IMG/VR virus record: IMGVR_UViG_3300022752_000015
Span: 124,001 to 188,000 of that record
Direction: 5' to 3' (one strand)
Length of the DNA: 64,000 nt
Shown here: positions 1 through 9,342 of the stretch, piece by piece
Layout: each line of letters starts with the position of its first letter
How positions within the stretch are numbered: position 1 is the first letter of the stretch
Notes under the pieces: model-generated
Databases searched by the model: none
The model's input: the letters and a program-made list of their open reading frames with translations, nothing else
Told to the model about the DNA's origin: nothing
Program-made: the position numbers and the translations under genes

Positions 1-987
1 ATTATCCCCTGTACGAGCAGTAGTGGGTAGAGAACTCTTACAATCTAGGTTTCGTAAACTTTGCCTAGGCAATATTCTTCGTTTATTTAACGGAGGTTGG
101 AATACCAAAGTTGATCCAAAGTTTTTTTGACCTGGCCAATTAAGCAACGGGCGGAGACCTATAGAATAACTAGCTACGTTTAAAGCTGTATCTGTGTCAG
201 AATAGGATGAATCATATTCTGCTCCACCATAAGTAGATAATTTTCTTACGGACTTAGAATAATCTAGTTCAGTAGCAAAATCTCTCATTTGATAATAACC
301 GTCAAGGAAGACTCCTACGGTCGCATTATCGTTTGATCCGCCAGTGTATAATCTCCAACCAGAACGAGGCGAGTATCTAAATTCAACGCGTCCGTTCTCA
401 TAAACTATACATTCAAAAATTAAAACGTTGTCTTCGGCTAAGGAAATTGAATGCCATCTAATGACAAGTCTTTTTCCTAAAGGAGAATTTTTGTCGATGC
501 AATACATCACTCCATTTGCTGTAGGGTGGTAGGCATCAGTGAGGGGGAAAAGCCCTTTGTTCACGGAGTCTTGTTGGACTGTCGTGAAGAGAGAAGCTAG
601 ATCGTATTTGTTTTTTAAATCATCAAACCATGGGGCAAGCAAGAGATGTTGCTTACCTCCAAAGCTTGAATTTATAGACCAATTTTCTCCAGAAGTTGAA
701 GATAAAATATCACCCAAAGAAAATGCGAACGAAGGATCAACAAGAAGCATCCATCCGTTTGTCGAAACGACGAATTTATTGTATGTGATGCCGTTGATCT
801 GAAATCCAAATCCGATGTCCAGCTCAGAAGAAACTGCATCATCAGCGCTTGGTTGTCCAACTGAACCTGGGATTGGCACGAATAACGATGCATCGACCCC
901 CGAAAGACCTCTACCTATTTCTTTGGTTAAAATATAATCTTTGAATAACCTCTGCGGAGGCGTTCTAGAAGATCTTGCGGAAGGCAT
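1..987 (-). CDS. Putative virion structural protein with N-terminal nidogen(NIDO)-like domain; partial, runs off the left edge (not in ORF track)
   Basis: Manual translation from ATG at 987 (overlapping the TAA of the upstream gene) is open to base 1: MPSARSSRTPPQRLFKDY...LDIGFGFQINGITYNKFVVSTNGWMLL...LLAPWFDDL...LVIRWH...FECIVYENGRVEFRY, which resembles the GF.F.FYG..Y...VSTNG...APFW.DL pattern of NIDO-like extracellular domains. Confidence 0.6.
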   Translation of the reverse strand, partial: MPSARSSRTPPQRLFKDYILTKEIGRGLSGVDASLFVPIPGSVGQPSADDAVSSELDIGFGFQINGITYNKFVVSTNGWMLLVDPSFAFSLGDILSSTSGENWSINSSFGGKQHLLLAPWFDDLKNKYDLASLFTTVQQDSVNKGLFPLTDAYHPTANGVMYCIDKNSPLGKRLVIRWHSISLAEDNVLIFECIVYENGRVEFRYSPRSGWRLYTGGSNDNATVGVFLDGYYQMRDFATELDYSKSVRKLSTYGGAEYDSSYSDTDTALNVASYSIGLRPLLNWPGQKNFGSTLVFQPPLNKRRILPRQSLRNLDCKSSLPTTARTGDN

Positions 988-1883
988 TAGTATCCAAACC
1001 CTCCAAATGCAATCGAATCAGTTCCATGAACCGTCACGTCATCGTACGTCCACCCTGCCGTTGCAGATATGTACCCGTCAGCAACGTAGTTATCGGTTGA
1101 CCCATTCAACAGTCTTGCGGCTAAAAGCATTGTACCTTCTAAGTTTGATGATAATTCTAACTTATACTTTTGATCGTTAAACGGAGCAATAAAAGTACGA
1201 TCGTCGTTAAAATATCCCATCGTTGGGATTTTCTTGACTTCTCCCACCATATCTATCATGTCCAACCAAGGAACAATCCTGTTCTCATTTCTTTCTCGAA
1301 CAGTCTTAATTCTATCATTAGATCGAATTATGGTGCTGTTGCCGTCCTCTAGATTGGCTTTCACGTCATGAGCTTCGAAAGGAACGTCAATGCTAAAAAA
1401 CGAAACTAGTGCTCTTATGGTTAAAGGCTCAATTACGCCGTTGAAGTTATAATTTTCAGTTTCATCATTATCGCCAGTAATAATAGGATATGAAAAAACT
1501 CGAGTTGACGTCAGGTAGTCAACAGGATCAAAATAATCAATATCGCTATAAAAATTATCTTTTCTAAAATTACGATCATATCCATAAGAATTTTTTCTGA
1601 CGACCCCTCCGGGTTCACCTGCGTGAATTTTTAAAGAAGTTCCCGCGTCAAAATGTCGAGACCTTGTGATCTCTACGCCTTGTCTAAAAGCGTCGATGGC
1701 AGATGTATCCATCGAACCAGTTAAAACGAATTCAGTTGACGAAGGCTTGAGTTTTAGATCGTTGCTTTCACCCTGACCATCATCAAAATATTCTTTGTTA
1801 ATTCTAGGTAAGAAACCATAGAAAAAATTAGTATTTTTTTTGGGTGTCAATAGCTGTAAAGCTTTGCTAACTTCATTTCCCAT
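987..1883 (-). CDS. Hypothetical virion/baseplate-associated protein
   Basis: 298-aa ORF, stop/start overlaps with both neighbours inside the baseplate operon; no recognisable motif. Confidence 0.55.
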   Translation of the reverse strand: MGNEVSKALQLLTPKKNTNFFYGFLPRINKEYFDDGQGESNDLKLKPSSTEFVLTGSMDTSAIDAFRQGVEITRSRHFDAGTSLKIHAGEPGGVVRKNSYGYDRNFRKDNFYSDIDYFDPVDYLTSTRVFSYPIITGDNDETENYNFNGVIEPLTIRALVSFFSIDVPFEAHDVKANLEDGNSTIIRSNDRIKTVRERNENRIVPWLDMIDMVGEVKKIPTMGYFNDDRTFIAPFNDQKYKLELSSNLEGTMLLAARLLNGSTDNYVADGYISATAGWTYDDVTVHGTDSIAFGGFGY

Positions 1884-4800
1884 TAAAATCTCCTTATCGT
1901 TCCAGCGATTTGTTGAAGCAACAAATTGTCTCTAATTCTATTACGATCATTTTCGCCTAGATATATCTCGCTAGAATAATACTCTTGCTTATGCCTTTCA
2001 AGCATGTGAGACTCTACGATAAAGTTAGTACCTTTATACACTGTCTTTCTAGGTATCAACTGTTCTATAAAATTGCTTATTGAATTATCAAACCAACTAT
2101 AGAACTCGAAAAAAGCCTTGAAATTTAGTTTTTCTTTCAAACGATTAAAGTACACGTTTCTCAAAGTTTCTAGATCTGGATAATCGGGGGAATAGACTAA
2201 ATCAGGATTTCCTATGGCGTTCTCTAGTGCTTCAAAAGTTGAGAACATGTTTACTATGTCGTTGTTTAAAGAATCAACCAAAGAAAAATCGATTGAAAAT
2301 CTAGTATCATCTGTTGGGCTTTCCGATCTAGATATCTGATGAACGGGCGCTCTCGAAGCCCAAGGGTTTGCATCAATCAAAGAATCTTCTAGATATCCAC
2401 GAACTCTTATCTTATCGTTAGATAGCGCTTCATCATAGTACGAAGACAAGTGTGAATACCTAATAATTTCAGGTAAGAAAAAGTCAGTGGCCGTTGGAAA
2501 TCCCGTTCCCAACATGTGCATGTTATTTTCGCTGAAATCCAAGAACGTGATGCTTCCGTCAGGAGCAGAAGCCGTTCTATTCGATTGTTTAGATAAAGAA
2601 TCTAGTCTTAGCTTTTCGAAAGAACCTGATACTGTGTACACGTAATTGTAGTTTTTGGATGGATCAGACACACCCAAAGACTGATAGTTTCGTATGTGTT
2701 CCGACCATTCTTTGGTGGTAAATGACTTTGACCAAAATCTTGTCTTAGCTAACCTTCCTTCAAAGTCAGTGCTTCTAGCTGCTTCGTCAGTAACAACTGA
2801 CGAGTTATTAAGGTAAAGATAAGTCGAAGTAGTTCCATCTGGAATTACTTGATTGGATCCTAAGCTCAAAAAAGTTCCAGATGCATTTAACGTTGAATTA
2901 AGACTTCTGAAAGCATTTTCATCAGGAGATCCCATTCCTGCTAGTTCAAAAAAGTAAGACGACGTCGTGTAATATGCTTGAATTTCTCCTTCATTTTGAA
3001 ATCCTGCTCGAATGTAGTAAGAAGATGAAGCTAAAGATTCTATCTCATCATTCCTTATGCATCCGAACGAAACGTTCCAAACATCTCCATTGAAAATAGA
3101 AGACTTATCTAGATTCAAACGTAATTTGAAAAGAGGAGCAGAAGTCGAATTACCAGGTCGCAAAAACAAATCAATTCTTGGATCGTTGTCGTCGTTGTAA
3201 GTAACCAAATTTGCAACCAATCCAGGATTTTGTATGCCAGAACCAGTCACACACAATCTAGCTAAAGATTGTGTCGTCGATAATATAACTCCAGAATTGA
3301 TTGATCCGTATTTGACAGCGGTCTCAAAAGTCCAAGAACCTGAAGTAAAGAGCCCATCATTCGGGTCATCAGAAATTCCATGAAATCCGTATGAAGGATC
3401 TTGAACATAATTTCCTGCAATTTTTGGTTTTCCTGCCTCTATTCTAGAGCCTGAAAGGTATTGAGACGTTACTAATGAAGAAGAGGTAAAGTTAATCATC
3501 GTAGTTACGTCAGACTTCAGCTCTCTAGATTTTGATAGAACTTTGTAAGTAGGTCCACCATACTCTCTAAATCTCATGCTGCTGTCTGGATCTATTCCTA
3601 CTGCTCTGAGAAATGATTTTATGCTATGTTGAGTCCCTTTTGAACGTATGACCGACGGTAAATTGACTAGAACTCTACGTAGTATTGAATTTTGAACTTG
3701 CTGTAAAGACAGAGATTCATTGCTCTTAAATAGAGGATCGATATTTTCTCCCTGCAAGTATTGTTCGACTGTAGAATTGGCAAACAGCGGAGGAATATAG
3801 AATCCATAGCTTTTCGCTATGTCAAAAAGAAAATTATCAGGAGCACTTTCTCTAGTATCATAAGAGACGTACTTGATTGTGCTAAATGTGTCAAGAAACA
3901 ACTTAATTTCATCAAAAAACTTTGCCCAAATATAAAGCAAAGACAGCAACAATTGAACGTTATTTAACTTACCTTGTCCAGGAATTCCTGTACCTGAATA
4001 CTGAGAACCGTTATTTTGTAACGCAGTATTGAACCCTTCTAACGCAGCACCTTCTAAAAGATAGTGTCTGGGAATTAACTTCGTTATCAAATTGGGATTT
4101 TCTGCATCAAAATCAGCAGCTTCGTTTAAAAGATCATTATTTAAAGCAACGACTCCTGCATAGGCTGGGAATAGAACCGGACAAGTCGACAGCTTTTCAT
4201 ATGTCATGTTGCTTGCTGTATCAGCAGCAGCGTCAATCCTTAAAGAATCTTCGAAATTTCTAACGTAGGAATGTAAAGAGTTTCCTGAGCTATCAAGAAC
4301 AATCGTGTTCGTTACGTCATTGTTGATTGGTGACAGCGGAGGGGCTGGTTCATTGAATCGATAATATAACTTTAAATCAGGAGTAGAAAAAATTGATTTT
4401 TTTGCATAAGAAGTTTGTTGGAGCACGCTTCTAACGCTATGAAAAACTCTTAACTCATCAAGAACCCCTGATAACGTCTGTTGCGGGGTGACTATAGTAG
4501 AAGCTACCTTGTAAGAAGTTCCGCTACCTATGACAAAATCATTATAGTCGATATCAAGATTGGTTAAATACATGCTATCAGAAGTAGCTTTTAAAATTTC
4601 ATTATTATAAAATCTTAAAACATTGTTGTTAGATTCTTTATCCAACACCACGCATAAATGATTAAATTCGCCTTTTTTAATCTGCGATGAAACCGTCATT
4701 GCAGCTGATCCTGAAAACACGTCAAACTGTGCCTCAACTTCATCTGTCGAAGTTGTAGGATTCAATCGCAAAGATATTCCGTGGTTGTTACTGGCATTTA

Positions 4801-5383
4801 TTTTTTGAAAGACTATTTGCGTTCCTGCAGTTTGTATGCTTGGAATGAAAAGCTGCATTTCTACGCTTAGTGACTTATCATTCTTTGGATTAAGAACTGA
4901 AGACTTTACTAACGCATCAGGGTTAAGTGATGGAAACATCGATCCCGGGATGTCTTTTACGACTATATAAGTTCCTTTGTCAGGAGTCGTTTCGGATAGC
5001 TGGGTTCCTGAAAAAAGCAACTCTCCTTTGTACTTCGGAATTTGATCAAAAACCCATTTTTCAAATCCAGTCAAGTTCGAAAAAAATGAATCTATTTCTT
5101 CTTTACTACCGTCAAAAGGATAAGAGTTAATTATCAACTCAAAAGCTAAGTTAACTTTAGCTTCCGCTGACATAAAGAAAGTATGATTTTCAAATTTTGA
5201 CCAGTCTATGTCGAGCTGCTGAGTAGATTTTAATCCTGTTCCCTGAATGTCGTTTGCAAATGAGTTTTCGTTGCTGGAGTCAGACTCAGGTAAATCTGCA
5301 AACTTCAATACGTAAGATCTGTTGTTATCTCCAACTGCCTTTATAAAAGAAGGTACGTACTGAGTGAAACTGTAATTAGCCAT
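1883..5383 (-). CDS. Large baseplate wedge-like protein with LamG/concanavalin-A-like domains
   Basis: 1166 aa; LamG-type motifs (FNHLCVV...LRFYNN...FVIGSG...LSGVLDELRVF; second domain SWTFE...WNVSF...FEGRLAKTRFW) and a baseplate-wedge-like NLPSVIRSKGTQHSIKSFLRAVG segment; lies in an operon with the gp6/gp25-like genes. Confidence 0.6.
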   Translation of the reverse strand: MANYSFTQYVPSFIKAVGDNNRSYVLKFADLPESDSSNENSFANDIQGTGLKSTQQLDIDWSKFENHTFFMSAEAKVNLAFELIINSYPFDGSKEEIDSFFSNLTGFEKWVFDQIPKYKGELLFSGTQLSETTPDKGTYIVVKDIPGSMFPSLNPDALVKSSVLNPKNDKSLSVEMQLFIPSIQTAGTQIVFQKINASNNHGISLRLNPTTSTDEVEAQFDVFSGSAAMTVSSQIKKGEFNHLCVVLDKESNNNVLRFYNNEILKATSDSMYLTNLDIDYNDFVIGSGTSYKVASTIVTPQQTLSGVLDELRVFHSVRSVLQQTSYAKKSIFSTPDLKLYYRFNEPAPPLSPINNDVTNTIVLDSSGNSLHSYVRNFEDSLRIDAAADTASNMTYEKLSTCPVLFPAYAGVVALNNDLLNEAADFDAENPNLITKLIPRHYLLEGAALEGFNTALQNNGSQYSGTGIPGQGKLNNVQLLLSLLYIWAKFFDEIKLFLDTFSTIKYVSYDTRESAPDNFLFDIAKSYGFYIPPLFANSTVEQYLQGENIDPLFKSNESLSLQQVQNSILRRVLVNLPSVIRSKGTQHSIKSFLRAVGIDPDSSMRFREYGGPTYKVLSKSRELKSDVTTMINFTSSSLVTSQYLSGSRIEAGKPKIAGNYVQDPSYGFHGISDDPNDGLFTSGSWTFETAVKYGSINSGVILSTTQSLARLCVTGSGIQNPGLVANLVTYNDDNDPRIDLFLRPGNSTSAPLFKLRLNLDKSSIFNGDVWNVSFGCIRNDEIESLASSSYYIRAGFQNEGEIQAYYTTSSYFFELAGMGSPDENAFRSLNSTLNASGTFLSLGSNQVIPDGTTSTYLYLNNSSVVTDEAARSTDFEGRLAKTRFWSKSFTTKEWSEHIRNYQSLGVSDPSKNYNYVYTVSGSFEKLRLDSLSKQSNRTASAPDGSITFLDFSENNMHMLGTGFPTATDFFLPEIIRYSHLSSYYDEALSNDKIRVRGYLEDSLIDANPWASRAPVHQISRSESPTDDTRFSIDFSLVDSLNNDIVNMFSTFEALENAIGNPDLVYSPDYPDLETLRNVYFNRLKEKLNFKAFFEFYSWFDNSISNFIEQLIPRKTVYKGTNFIVESHMLERHKQEYYSSEIYLGENDRNRIRDNLLLQQIAGTIRRF

Positions 5384-5397
5384 TTGTTTGCCTTACA

Positions 5398-6942
5398 TCA
5401 CGAAACTTGAGAGTTGCTAACGTTAAATACATTTGAGACAGCCTTATAGATTTTTTTGTACCCTATCACGTTAACCATTATATCAACTACATAACTTCTA
5501 TCTAGCGGTAAACTAGACATATCCAAGTTAAAGTACATGCCGTCTGTGTCACTAGACACTCTTGTTGAGTTATAAACTTCGTCAAACGGAATTATTACTT
5601 CGTTTGTCGAAAAATCTCTTACTTGATAATAAGTTCTTTTTAACACTATCCCAGGCAAGTTAATTGGTTTTTTAACTAACTTGATAAAAGGTGCAGTATA
5701 ATCGAATATATTAAGACGAACTATCACGTCTTCATTCGACCTATGCAAGTTTTGTAATCCAGTCGTCGTAATCACATATTCTTTTCCATCAAGTATAGCA
5801 GAACTTCTGTTAGGCGGATAAGCATATAAGTCAGATCCTGTGTAATAAACTACAGATTCATCTAACGAACTCCAGACAGGAGTGAAAAGAACAGAACCTG
5901 ATTTAGCTAGTTCAGCGTATAAAATTGAGTCCGATTGCGGAAGCACGAATGATGCAGAATATAATCCTGCAAAATAATTCAAGCCGTCGAAATGTTGAGA
6001 TCCTGTCGCGTATATTGAATAAGATCCGCTACCGTCAGACCTCGTTGTCTTTAACTTTAACAATAAACAATTGCTACCAGTAACTTGTGATAAGGAAGAT
6101 CCACTCAAGATGTTAGAAAGTTGATCATCTCGATAATTTCTTAAAAACATTGTTGATGTTGTGTCGAATCTTAATATCCTCGAATCATCAATAATCGAGT
6201 CATTATATCTTACAATCATTCGTGGGTGTTTTGAAGAATTGTAAGCCGTTCTAGCAGCGAACCTTTTAACAAAGTAAGAATAAGCGTTGTTTTCTTCAAC
6301 GTTAGAGAAAGAAATTCTAAATCCGTTATCAGGCAAATCACCTGAAAGAGTAGCTGACACGATGGTTGTAACATCTAAATCTAGATTTTCTTCTCCAGAA
6401 GCAAAATGTTGTTTAGACTCAAAGCTAGAAATAGATAACAAATTTGACGATGTTATATAATCGCAGCTTGATTCAGCATAACCCGCTAACGAACATCCTG
6501 TAACAAACCATGATCCTTCAGAGAAAGATGAAGATAAGAAATTGCAATAATCAATATCAGAGTAATAAACTACGTCCCTTCCTTCTCCTTCATCAAAAGA
6601 TCTGGACAAAGGATAAGCTGATACGTCGAAATTATTTGGAGTTGTTTGCCCTCCGTACACATCAAATAGTTGCAATTTGCAATTGAAAGACGAATGATTA
6701 ATGTTTATCTTATTTTGCGATATTAGGTCTTTTAAAGGTTGCAGATCAAAATGAATGAGAATTCTTGAGAGTTCTTTTCTTGGATTGCCATTCTCATCAA
6801 GATTAGATCCGTACAATTTAAAAAGATCTAAAGTAGAAGCCGCGCCAACATTTGAACTAGTTTTTATGGACGAAGTACTTGCGTTTCTAACAAATCTGTT
6901 AGTAATATAAGCGTCTTTATCCGCTAACAATACTTTATACAT
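5398..6942 (-). CDS. Virion structural protein with N-terminal DNRLRE/CBM96-like domain
   Basis: 514 aa; ADKDAYIT...NVGAASTL...SRILIHFDL...CKLQLFD...AYPLSRSFDEGEG resembles the DNRLRE-domain pattern; coupled to the gp6-like gene. Confidence 0.5.
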   Translation of the reverse strand: MYKVLLADKDAYITNRFVRNASTSSIKTSSNVGAASTLDLFKLYGSNLDENGNPRKELSRILIHFDLQPLKDLISQNKININHSSFNCKLQLFDVYGGQTTPNNFDVSAYPLSRSFDEGEGRDVVYYSDIDYCNFLSSSFSEGSWFVTGCSLAGYAESSCDYITSSNLLSISSFESKQHFASGEENLDLDVTTIVSATLSGDLPDNGFRISFSNVEENNAYSYFVKRFAARTAYNSSKHPRMIVRYNDSIIDDSRILRFDTTSTMFLRNYRDDQLSNILSGSSLSQVTGSNCLLLKLKTTRSDGSGSYSIYATGSQHFDGLNYFAGLYSASFVLPQSDSILYAELAKSGSVLFTPVWSSLDESVVYYTGSDLYAYPPNRSSAILDGKEYVITTTGLQNLHRSNEDVIVRLNIFDYTAPFIKLVKKPINLPGIVLKRTYYQVRDFSTNEVIIPFDEVYNSTRVSSDTDGMYFNLDMSSLPLDRSYVVDIMVNVIGYKKIYKAVSNVFNVSNSQVS

Positions 6943-8777
6943 TATATGCTAGTCCTTCCAATTATGTCTACGTTGGGAAATTTGAATTCGAATATTCCAC
7001 CCTCTGGTGGATATAACATACCTTTTCTAAGATGCATTTTTACGTCAAAAGAATTTTCGCTGTATTGAAGATTGTTTATCTTTCCGTTTAAATTAAAGAA
7101 TTCTATATTAGTAACAGCGATAACACCAGGGGTGTTATATATCAAATTTTGCAAATCGTTGATGACAATTGGTTGATCTATAGAAAAATTCTTAATATTG
7201 AGACGATCGATCAACTTTACCAAGATTTCTTGCAGTAAAATTTGTTTATTCAAGGAAGGATCGGCAACGACCTCGAAAATCATCGATAGATTGACTATGT
7301 AAGCGTCTAATATATCGATTGCATCATTCACCAGACGATAAGGGGCAATATATTTTCGAAGATTTTCTTTCAACGTATCAGGACTATTTATTAAAGTAGA
7401 ATTTGCAGATCTTGAAACAACGTAAAGTTGAGTCGCTAGAGGGTTGTTGGGATTTGAACGAACTGCAGCTCTAAATACTCGACCAAAGTTAGAAGGTATA
7501 GAATAGATCCTAGCAAGCAAATCTTCTCTTGTCACAATTCTTTCTTGAGCATTTCTTGCTGAAGGAATTAAGGATTTCAACTCGTCGACGCCTGGTGCTT
7601 CTTCTCCTCCTGAAGCCACCTTCTTGTTCGTGACGACCATGCCATTTCTAACTGCGTTTATAACTGAAAGCTTTGGATTTAGCGGAAAATCCACTGTCAT
7701 ACTAGTGATAGTGTTGATAGTCTTTGCAGGAACGTTGTGAGATAGTCCACCGCCATATCTATAAACCACTGTTAATTGAGACTCTGGCGCATACACTCCC
7801 AAAGTCCTCGTCTTCAACATTTGAAGAGGGTTAACTGTTGTTCTAGAGAACGTTTTTGAATAAGGAAAGCTAATTGCAAACTCAGATGGATCAGGAACCG
7901 CATCGTCTTCAAGACTGGTGTCTGAACCTCCACCCATGATCATATAGGTTTTTCTGGTGCTTAGATCAACATTGGTGATGTACCGATACGGAGCTGGAAT
8001 TACTTTTATAGCTTCAGATATTTCTTGAGAATCTCTAGCTAAATTCAATACGTTACGATAGACAACATCATCTGTCAACGAACTAACTTCGTAATAAACG
8101 TTACCTTTGCTATCAAACACCGATAATATTTCCGTGACATTGCTTCTTGATAATTCAATCGTCCTAAATGGTAATTCTCCGCTTAACGAAAAAGATTCTT
8201 TTTCTTGTTTACCAGAAATGCATTGTCCATCTAAAACCATGACAAAGCTAAGAGGAGTACCATCCCCAGATATCTTTCCAACTTGAACATCAGCTAAAAA
8301 AGTACCATCTGATCTTTTTCTGGAAAAATCTACGTCTGAAAGCAACGTAAAGTCTATTCCTGAGTTAGAAGTAAAGATAGAATTTGCCCTTACGATCGGT
8401 AGAGCTTCAGCAGAAGGAACTATGGCGTTAGAAACTATCGATGATGGAACTTCGATAACAAAAGTTAAATCAACTATTGAAGGAGAAGCTCCCGTTATTT
8501 TAACTCCCGAAGACCTGATAGCTCGTTCTATGTTTTGCGGTTCAATCGCAGCGTTGTAATCTAATTCGTTGTATTGATGATCCAAATAAAAAGACATCAC
8601 ATCGCCTGTATAGGCGGCTAAGTCTAATAACATTCCTCCCATAGAAGATTCAGAAAAATCTTGTATCTTATCAGGGTAATAAGTCCTTGCGTATTGAACA
8701 AGCTGAGCTCGAAGAGAATCAAAATCTTTTGCTAGATAAGTCCTAATACGATAGTTCTTTAAATCATTTATTGCCAT
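6942..8777 (-). CDS. Baseplate wedge subunit (T4 gp6 / baseplate J-like)
   Basis: 611 aa; YLAKDFDSLRAQL...DFSESSMGGMLLDLAAYTGDVMSFYLD, GGEEAP...AQERIVTREDL are typical gp6/gpJ motifs. Confidence 0.85.
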   Translation of the reverse strand: MAINDLKNYRIRTYLAKDFDSLRAQLVQYARTYYPDKIQDFSESSMGGMLLDLAAYTGDVMSFYLDHQYNELDYNAAIEPQNIERAIRSSGVKITGASPSIVDLTFVIEVPSSIVSNAIVPSAEALPIVRANSIFTSNSGIDFTLLSDVDFSRKRSDGTFLADVQVGKISGDGTPLSFVMVLDGQCISGKQEKESFSLSGELPFRTIELSRSNVTEILSVFDSKGNVYYEVSSLTDDVVYRNVLNLARDSQEISEAIKVIPAPYRYITNVDLSTRKTYMIMGGGSDTSLEDDAVPDPSEFAISFPYSKTFSRTTVNPLQMLKTRTLGVYAPESQLTVVYRYGGGLSHNVPAKTINTITSMTVDFPLNPKLSVINAVRNGMVVTNKKVASGGEEAPGVDELKSLIPSARNAQERIVTREDLLARIYSIPSNFGRVFRAAVRSNPNNPLATQLYVVSRSANSTLINSPDTLKENLRKYIAPYRLVNDAIDILDAYIVNLSMIFEVVADPSLNKQILLQEILVKLIDRLNIKNFSIDQPIVINDLQNLIYNTPGVIAVTNIEFFNLNGKINNLQYSENSFDVKMHLRKGMLYPPEGGIFEFKFPNVDIIGRTSI

Positions 8778-8795
8778 AATAGTTCCACCATTACA

Positions 8796-9260
8796 TTATA
8801 TTGCATACAAGACTATCTGCAATGATCTAATTTCAGTGCTAATCTTAGGGACAGTATAAGTTATCGTAATCTTAACAATAGCTGTAGAAAAATTGTTGAC
8901 ATTATCGGCAGAAGAAGAAAAATCTTTCAAAGAAACGAAAGGCATCCATTTTTCAACAGCGCTTCTTATTCTTGTGATAGCTAGTTCATCGAATGCATCG
9001 AGATTTGATATCTCTGATGTCAATTCTCTTAAATTTGCGCCAAAATAATACGAACCTAAACGCTCACCCCAGTTAGTCAAAAGCAAATTCTTCAAATTAT
9101 CATGTATCTGATCAGCTAAGCTATAATGCATAGCATATATGTCTTTATCGCTGACCTGCAAGGGGGTCTTTATACCTATGGGTTGCAAAAAAGTCTGCTC
9201 AACAGCCGTAGCGGGTTGTGAAGCAAGCTTTCCAGAACTCTTGAAATTAAAGCTACCCAT
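8796..9260 (-). CDS. Baseplate wedge / sheath initiator protein (T4 gp25-like)
   Basis: QIHDNLKNLLLTNWGERLGSYYFGANL...IRSAVEKWMPFV matches the GPW/gp25 family; adjacent to the gp6-like gene. Confidence 0.85.
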   Translation of the reverse strand: MGSFNFKSSGKLASQPATAVEQTFLQPIGIKTPLQVSDKDIYAMHYSLADQIHDNLKNLLLTNWGERLGSYYFGANLRELTSEISNLDAFDELAITRIRSAVEKWMPFVSLKDFSSSADNVNNFSTAIVKITITYTVPKISTEIRSLQIVLYAI

Positions 9261-9342
9261 GCCAAATATCTTTGCAAGAGTAAATATCTAAAGAAAAAAA
9301 TAAGACCACTTGTCTTTTGCTGGTAATTTTATCAGAAATAGT

